Source: Candidatus Heimdallarchaeota archaeon (GTDB lineage Archaea > Asgardarchaeota > Heimdallarchaeia > Hodarchaeales > Hodarchaeaceae). From it: DNA of 19,460 bases. Below, one piece after another: positions 14,380 through 19,460 of this stretch. Where the stretch lies: NCBI GenBank assembly GCA_048881705.1, contig JBHLSH010000074.1:1-19460 (forward strand), in the 5' to 3' direction. Positions within the stretch are counted from its first letter, which is position 1; each line of letters opens with the position of its first letter. The notes beneath the pieces were generated by a model. That model was not told where the DNA came from. It saw only the letters and a program-made list of their open reading frames with translations, and made no database searches. The translations under genes and the position numbers were made by a program.

Positions 14380-15420
14380 ATGAGCCATTCTGAAGCCATC
14401 GCCGGCGTACGAGTAAAACGGTTTCTCACACTTGCTATAATGAAACTAGCACAAGCTCTATTAAATCAATCGAACACGCCTGAGACCCGACAACTCTTAG
14501 AAACAACTATACTCGATTTAGTTAAATCCTCATTTGCTCTTACATCCACTGACAACCCTCTTTCGCAAGCCAAACTTTTTTTAGGGTCCTTGGGCTTTTC
14601 TCCATGCGAAGTTGAATGGGTTGAGGATGTAAGGATTGGAAAAGTTCTCCTTGGAAAAGGACGTCTGTGGAAACCAACCGATGATCAAGAAATGGAATTA
14701 ATGAAGCTGCTACTGCTTAGTATAATCAAAGGGATTGGTTATTCTTTCCTTAAAACCGAAGTTCGGGCCGATTTCATAGAAGAGGGTATGATTCCGCCCC
14801 GCTTCAGCTACGAAATTCAGTTTCGAGCATCCGAGGATGTTTTTGCTGAAACAATTCATAAGACCCGTGACGAATCCGATCAGCCCGAAGAAGAATCTGA
14901 TGTCTTGCTTACAGCTGGAGATTTGCTTTCTCCGATACTAGGAACGGGAGTTCGCATTCAAGATGCAACCCGATATATGGTCGAGGCGACTCGAGGTGTG
15001 ATCGAAGAATTTAGTCCTGAGTTACTGGATCGACAAGACATCAGGGCCTATCCACTTAAATTGGTGGAGGTTTTGTATCTAAAGTTAGAGGACAGCAGCA
15101 AAGAAGAACAATTTAAATACGCCCATGCCATTGGATGCGAAATCGCAAGATTATTACGTGATGAATTCCCCAGCCTTAAAAATCACCAAATTTTGAAGGG
15201 AATAGGGTTACTTCCGCCCGAAGAGATCGATGAACTTATGTTTTATGGGAAACATCAAACAACTCCTGAGTTCTGTAGATTCCTAGGTTATATCTGGAGC
15301 GGATATGCCTCCGAGGTGTTGGGTAAGCAGTTCCAAATGTCCGAGGATCCCTTATGTGACCAGGGAGGGCGTGGTAACTGTATTTTTACGCTGGATGAAG
15401 TTTCCCACCAAACAAATTAA
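14380..15420 (+). CDS. V4R-domain protein with an N-terminal Bet3/TRAPPC3-like domain, 346 aa
   Basis: C-terminal FC299RFLGYIWSGYASEVLG...C326DQGGRGNC334IF is the V4R Cys pattern. The N-terminal half has the same fold pattern without the Cys. GTGA precedes the ATG. Confidence 0.7.
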   Translation: MSHSEAIAGVRVKRFLTLAIMKLAQALLNQSNTPETRQLLETTILDLVKSSFALTSTDNPLSQAKLFLGSLGFSPCEVEWVEDVRIGKVLLGKGRLWKPTDDQEMELMKLLLLSIIKGIGYSFLKTEVRADFIEEGMIPPRFSYEIQFRASEDVFAETIHKTRDESDQPEEESDVLLTAGDLLSPILGTGVRIQDATRYMVEATRGVIEEFSPELLDRQDIRAYPLKLVEVLYLKLEDSSKEEQFKYAHAIGCEIARLLRDEFPSLKNHQILKGIGLLPPEEIDELMFYGKHQTTPEFCRFLGYIWSGYASEVLGKQFQMSEDPLCDQGGRGNCIFTLDEVSHQTN

Positions 15421-15513
15421 ATGAAAACTTATCTTCATTATAGGGAGGTTACTGTTAGCCTCCAGTCTCTAATATCTTCTCCCACCTTATCATACTCCAT
15501 GAAATCCTTTTAG

Positions 15514-15533
15514 AAAAAAAAAGAGAGAAAAAA
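15514..15533 (-). terminator. U-rich terminator downstream of the dehydrogenase
   Basis: Minus strand T6-CTCTC-T9, 3 nt after the stop. Confidence 0.6.
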
Positions 15534-15536
15534 TGA

Positions 15537-16730
15537 TTATTGGTAACTTTTCCATCTCTCTTCTAGGTTAGGGTCCTGGAGAGTTTCGATTATATACTTC
15601 CCCATTTCCTCACCAGTAGCTCCAGTTTTTCGTCCTGTCACTGTTAGTTTTCTTTCATATTGTGAACAGATCTCGATAGCTTTGTCTAATTTCTCTGATT
15701 CTTCTGTAAAGCCAATGTGATTTAGAAGCATTGATGCTGCTTTGATAATACTTGTTGGATCCGCATAATTAATTCGACCCTCTTCAACCATTCTAAGAGC
15801 TGAGCCATGAACTGCCTCGAACATAGAATATCTTTTGCCAATGTTGGCAGCTCCAGCAGTTCCCAGGCCGCCTTGAATCTGTGCGGCTTCATCAGTTACG
15901 ATGTCACCATACAGGTTGGGTGCTGTAATTACTCGGAAAGAACTTTGTCGCGCTGGATCAATCAGTTTCGCTGTCATGATATCAATATACCAATCATCCC
16001 ATTCCACTTCAGGATAATCTTTGGCTACTTGTTCCGCAATTGCTAGAAATTTGCCGTCTGTTTTTTTCACGACATTGGCCTTGGTAACCACGGTGACTTT
16101 GTTGATCTTATTCTTCCTTGCATATTCAAACGCGGCACGAATTATTCTGGCACTACCTTGGTTTGTAATAACTTTGAAATCCATAGCTAGGTCGTCTGAA
16201 ACTTCTATGCCTTTGGAGCCAAGGATGTATGCCCCCTCAGTATTTTCACGGTAGAACATCCAATCAATGTTTTTTTCTGGAACTCTAACTGGTCTAACAT
16301 TCGCAAATAAATCCAGTTCTCGACGCATAGCTACGTTTGCCGATTCAATGTTAGGCCAAGGAGATCCTTTCCACGGGGTGGTTGTTGGTCCTTTTAAAAT
16401 GACATGGCACTTCTTCAGTTCTGCTAAGACATCATCTGGAATTGCTTTCATAACTTTAACCCGGTTTTCGATGGTCAATCCTTCTATCATCCTAATTTCG
16501 ACATTACCGGACGCTATTTCTTTCTCTAGTAGGAAATTTAGGACATTAACCGCATGCTCAGTGATTTTAGGTCCAATACCATCACCACCACATGCACCGA
16601 TGATAATGGGGTGAAGGGTACTATAATCTGTCCAATCAGGTTCGTTCTTTAGGCGTTCGACACGTTCGAGTTGCTCTGTGACAATTCCTCGGAAGTGTTC
16701 GATCGCATTTTCTATTACTTCGTTATTCAT
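15537..16730 (-). CDS. Isocitrate/isopropylmalate dehydrogenase family, probably isocitrate dehydrogenase, 397 aa
   Basis: GGDGIGP, LKGPTTTP, ESANVAMRRELDLFANVRP (SxN as in isocitrate-specific enzymes), YRENTEGAY, KANVVK, PNLYGDIVTD and FEAVHGSA. Confidence 0.9.
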   Translation of the reverse strand: MNNEVIENAIEHFRGIVTEQLERVERLKNEPDWTDYSTLHPIIIGACGGDGIGPKITEHAVNVLNFLLEKEIASGNVEIRMIEGLTIENRVKVMKAIPDDVLAELKKCHVILKGPTTTPWKGSPWPNIESANVAMRRELDLFANVRPVRVPEKNIDWMFYRENTEGAYILGSKGIEVSDDLAMDFKVITNQGSARIIRAAFEYARKNKINKVTVVTKANVVKKTDGKFLAIAEQVAKDYPEVEWDDWYIDIMTAKLIDPARQSSFRVITAPNLYGDIVTDEAAQIQGGLGTAGAANIGKRYSMFEAVHGSALRMVEEGRINYADPTSIIKAASMLLNHIGFTEESEKLDKAIEICSQYERKLTVTGRKTGATGEEMGKYIIETLQDPNLEERWKSYQ

Positions 16731-16924
16731 ATCAGATCGCCATTCTAATCTACTGCATGTATTCTTAGATACATCTCACTTGCCGTGATTCATAGCTTCT
16801 GCTGTCTACAATCGGTATCACGGCCAAGAGGCCTCCACCTTCTCTTATGGCTGCCCTGTCAAAAGAATTGTGGCTTACAAGATAGTTATATCAGGGAATT
16901 AGTATCATTTGAAATCCGTTATTC

Positions 16925-16935
16925 TGGGTTTAAAG
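16925..16935 (+). repeat. Left copy of the 11-bp direct repeat TGGGTTTAAAG flanking the helicase
   Basis: Identical 11-mer at 18567-18577. Confidence 0.5.
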
Positions 16936-17054
16936 GCCAAAAGCATGCCCTTTCCTTAATCCCTAATAAAGGGGAAAGATGGCTCCAGGGAAAAGATTAA
17001 ATGAAAAGAATCTTGAACCTGCTCACTTTTACATTCAGTGTTATAATGATTCGA

Positions 17055-18284
17055 CTAAACAGAATACCGTGATAACGGTTTCTTGTTACTAATACGCCTT
17101 TTTATGTTATTACGACGTCCTCTAGGGTTATTCTTTGTTTTAAGTCGATTTGTAGGTATTTTTTGAATCTTCGGTACCTTTCCCTTTTGAATCTCATTTC
17201 TACTATGTTGAAACAACTGAAAAAACCTCTCATTGTCTCTTTGGGAAACTAGTGTTATCGCTTTTCCAGTCTTGCCTGCTCGCGCGGTTCTTCCGATTCG
17301 ATGAATATACTGTTTTCGATTCTCTGGGAGGTCGTAATTATAAACATCCGTTACTTTAGGAATATCCAATCCTCGGGCAGCGACATCGGTCGCTACTAAA
17401 ACCTTACTTCGGTGGTTCTTAAAATTGGATAATCGACTTTCCCTTGTTCTTTGCGAAAATCCGCCATGTAGTGCCGTTGCGGGTATACCCGCTTCATTCA
17501 GATTGTGAACCAAAAAATCCACATTCATTCGTGTGTTACTAAAGATGAGGGTAAGTCCATCCCCATTTCTTTCTTTTAATAGATGTGCAAGCAATGAGAA
17601 CTTCAGAGAATCGTTTACAGGGCCAAAATAGTATTGCGTTAATTTTTCTGGATCCACAAAGGGAGTAGCGTCGACTTCGACCGGATCTTTCATATATTGC
17701 AATGCGAGGCGACTCACTTCAAATGGTACTGTCGCAGAATATAGAAGCGTTTGTCGACGCTTTGGAAGAATGTTAATTATTCGTTCGACATCGGGCAAAA
17801 AGCCCATATCGAGAAGTCTATCACATTCATCAAGGACTAAAATCTTTGTGTTTCCAAGATCAATAGTTCTCCGGGTAATGTGATCTATAAGACGACCCGG
17901 TGTTGCAATAACGACATCTGCTTTCCTCAAATCACGGATTTGCGGATTTATTGAGACTCCACCATAAATTGTATGAATTCTCAATGGTTTGTATTTTGAA
18001 AGGAGCTGAATCATTTCGGTAACTTGTAAAGCAAGTTCTCTTGTTGGTGTAATAACCAAAGCCTGAACTCCTTTTCCACGAACTACACGTTTTATGATTC
18101 CTGACGCAAAGGCAAGAGTCTTTCCACTTCCCGTAGCAGCTTCTCCAATAACGTCCTTGTTTTCAAGAACGTGCGGTATAGATTTTGTCTGGATTTCGGT
18201 AGGCCTAGTATAATTTTGTTCAGCGCAAACTCGAAGAATAGGCTCTATAATCCCGAGATCTTTAAAATTCGTAATATTTGTCAT
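17055..18284 (-). CDS. DEAD-box-family RNA helicase (CshA/DeaD-like) with DECD in motif II, 409 aa
   Basis: Q motif FKDLG...PTEIQ, motif I ATGSGKT, Ia PTRELA, Ib TPGRL, II DECD, III SAT, V TDVAARGLD and VI HRIGRTAR. Confidence 0.96.
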   Translation of the reverse strand: MTNITNFKDLGIIEPILRVCAEQNYTRPTEIQTKSIPHVLENKDVIGEAATGSGKTLAFASGIIKRVVRGKGVQALVITPTRELALQVTEMIQLLSKYKPLRIHTIYGGVSINPQIRDLRKADVVIATPGRLIDHITRRTIDLGNTKILVLDECDRLLDMGFLPDVERIINILPKRRQTLLYSATVPFEVSRLALQYMKDPVEVDATPFVDPEKLTQYYFGPVNDSLKFSLLAHLLKERNGDGLTLIFSNTRMNVDFLVHNLNEAGIPATALHGGFSQRTRESRLSNFKNHRSKVLVATDVAARGLDIPKVTDVYNYDLPENRKQYIHRIGRTARAGKTGKAITLVSQRDNERFFQLFQHSRNEIQKGKVPKIQKIPTNRLKTKNNPRGRRNNIKRRISNKKPLSRYSV

Positions 18285-18423
18285 AAGAAGTCATCTATAT
18301 AATAAAATGTTATTAGGGTTGATATTTTGTCTTGATATTAAAATTAAAAGGTGTGAATAACTCCGAATGAATCCCCACAACTTCTAATCTCTTATCTACT
18401 TCTGATTTACACTTCAGGTTTCC

Positions 18424-18433
18424 CTTTATAAAG
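18424..18433 (-). promoter_or_regulatory. Candidate TATA box for the helicase (implies a 5' UTR of roughly 115 nt)
   Basis: Palindromic CTTTATAAAG in an AT-rich intergenic region. Confidence 0.4.
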
Positions 18434-18566
18434 ACAACCTTTTGGTTGTATTAATTAATCATTAATATTTCTGTTTTCATACATATTAGCGAAATTAGAA
18501 AAAATATCTTCATCAAATATGGTAGTTGGCAATATTACGATGAAATCAAAATAATTTGGATAGATA

Positions 18567-18577
18567 TGGGTTTAAAG
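18567..18577 (+). repeat. Right copy of the 11-bp direct repeat TGGGTTTAAAG
   Basis: Identical 11-mer at 16925-16935. Confidence 0.5.
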
Positions 18578-18628
18578 CCCAAATAATTCGCAACAAAGTA
18601 TCTTCGAACCTTCCATATTATACAATAG

Positions 18629-18642
18629 AAAAAAGAGAGAAA
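18629..18642 (-). terminator. U-rich terminator downstream of ATP-citrate lyase
   Basis: Minus strand TTT-CTCTC-T6, 10 nt after the stop. Confidence 0.55.
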
Positions 18643-18652
18643 TGCAGAGATC

Positions 18653-19460
18653 TCATTCTGCAAAGAGAATTTCATCCCACGGTTGTCTGTAAAGCCCTGC
18701 TCGCTGGCGTTTTTGATCGAATACGTGCCCCATCATCCCAATTGAACGACCAAGTACAAAGAGTCCGTTTAATACTTCGCTGTCGATTACATCCTGCTTT
18801 TCTTCTGGAGTCATATCGAGATTTTCCATAAGATCCAGGAAAGTTATACCGATACAGCCGTCAACATTGAGAATCAGATTATTGCGTTTTTGGGTTGTTA
18901 GTAACTCGACCTCGAGGGCAAAATCAAGATAGGGATGTTTTTCAAAGTTTTCGAACACAAACTCTTTAAGTAGCTGTACACGGACATCTGGATTTTGAAG
19001 TGATTTGATACGGTGCCCGATTCCTGGAATATTGATTCCAACTACATTCTTCATATAATCTACAAATTCAATCGGATGCATTTCTTTATCACGTCCTTCC
19101 TTAAAGTACCGCGCCGCTCCCGCAATTGCACCACCGAATCTTGGGCCTATTGCTAGAATACCCGTCGCAAGAGATGACATTAGGTCTTTTCCGGCTCGGG
19201 CCGTTACGATTGCATTGTGAGCTCCCGAGACTGCGGGCCCATGGTCAGAGGTTAACTTCACAGTCATCTCAATGTAGTCTTGAGCGAACTGTGGAAGTTC
19301 ACGCTTTAACCATAAAAGCCCAATCACATATCCGATGGATTTTTTCTCACGTACAATTGTGTCTAAGCCTACTCCTGAGAACATCGGAACATCTCCCCGC
19401 TCGTCACTGATTGTACATACTACATCAGTAGGACGCCGCACGATACCTAATCTAGATGCT
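18653..19460 (-). CDS. aclA: ATP-citrate lyase, C-terminal citrate-synthase-homology (citryl-CoA lyase) region; 5'-truncated by the window edge
   Basis: The frame stays open to the edge (ASRLGIVRRPTDVVCTISDERG), so GTG 19441 is not the start. Motifs DHGPAVSGAHN, IGPRFGGA, IPGIGHRIKS, NVDGCIG, GRSIGMMGHVFDQKR and LYRQPWDEI. Confidence 0.92.
   Translation of the reverse strand, partial: ASRLGIVRRPTDVVCTISDERGDVPMFSGVGLDTIVREKKSIGYVIGLLWLKRELPQFAQDYIEMTVKLTSDHGPAVSGAHNAIVTARAGKDLMSSLATGILAIGPRFGGAIAGAARYFKEGRDKEMHPIEFVDYMKNVVGINIPGIGHRIKSLQNPDVRVQLLKEFVFENFEKHPYLDFALEVELLTTQKRNNLILNVDGCIGITFLDLMENLDMTPEEKQDVIDSEVLNGLFVLGRSIGMMGHVFDQKRQRAGLYRQPWDEILFAE

Noticed and set aside
16947-16983. Bulged stem-loop (GCC-CTTTCC...GGAAAG-AT-GGC) as a possible ncRNA
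   Set aside because: Short, imperfect and purine/pyrimidine-tract driven; best explained as a helicase 3' UTR/terminator structure.
16785-17000. 71-aa Cys-containing plus-strand ORF
   Set aside because: No SD or motif; lies antisense across the promoter/terminator zone between two minus-strand genes.
18556-18831. 91-aa plus-strand ORF
   Set aside because: Mostly antisense to ATP-citrate lyase and runs through its terminator.

Overview
This is a gene-dense, mostly chromosomal window from an archaeon, most likely an Asgard archaeon. The assignment is inferred from a tail-less archaeal histone, two unprenylated Rab-like small GTPases and a V4R/Bet3-like protein; the exact lineage cannot be fixed from sequence alone. 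Metabolic and housekeeping genes are gpmA, ggt, a divergent pncB/pncA NAD-salvage pair, an M20 ArgE/DapE-family hydrolase, an isocitrate/isopropylmalate-family dehydrogenase, a DEAD-box-family helicase with a DECD motif, and the 3' part of an ATP-citrate lyase cut by the right edge. No rRNA, tRNA, CRISPR array, transposase or integrase was recognised. The most interesting signals: (1) a divergent ArsR-regulator / bactofilin-like gene pair in which both proteins carry the same SHOCT-like helix motif; (2) a tandem Bet3(TRAPPC3)-like + V4R protein about 0.7 kb from an atypical Rab-like GTPase; (3) a histone gene bracketed by hairpins, the 3' one followed by ACCCA as in eukaryotic replication-dependent histone mRNAs; (4) a small protein fusing a PolD-DP1-N-terminal-like domain to a winged helix; (5) a dual-specificity phosphatase fold that has lost all catalytic residues. 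All family assignments come from motif recognition by eye and from remembered family sequences; no database search was run.
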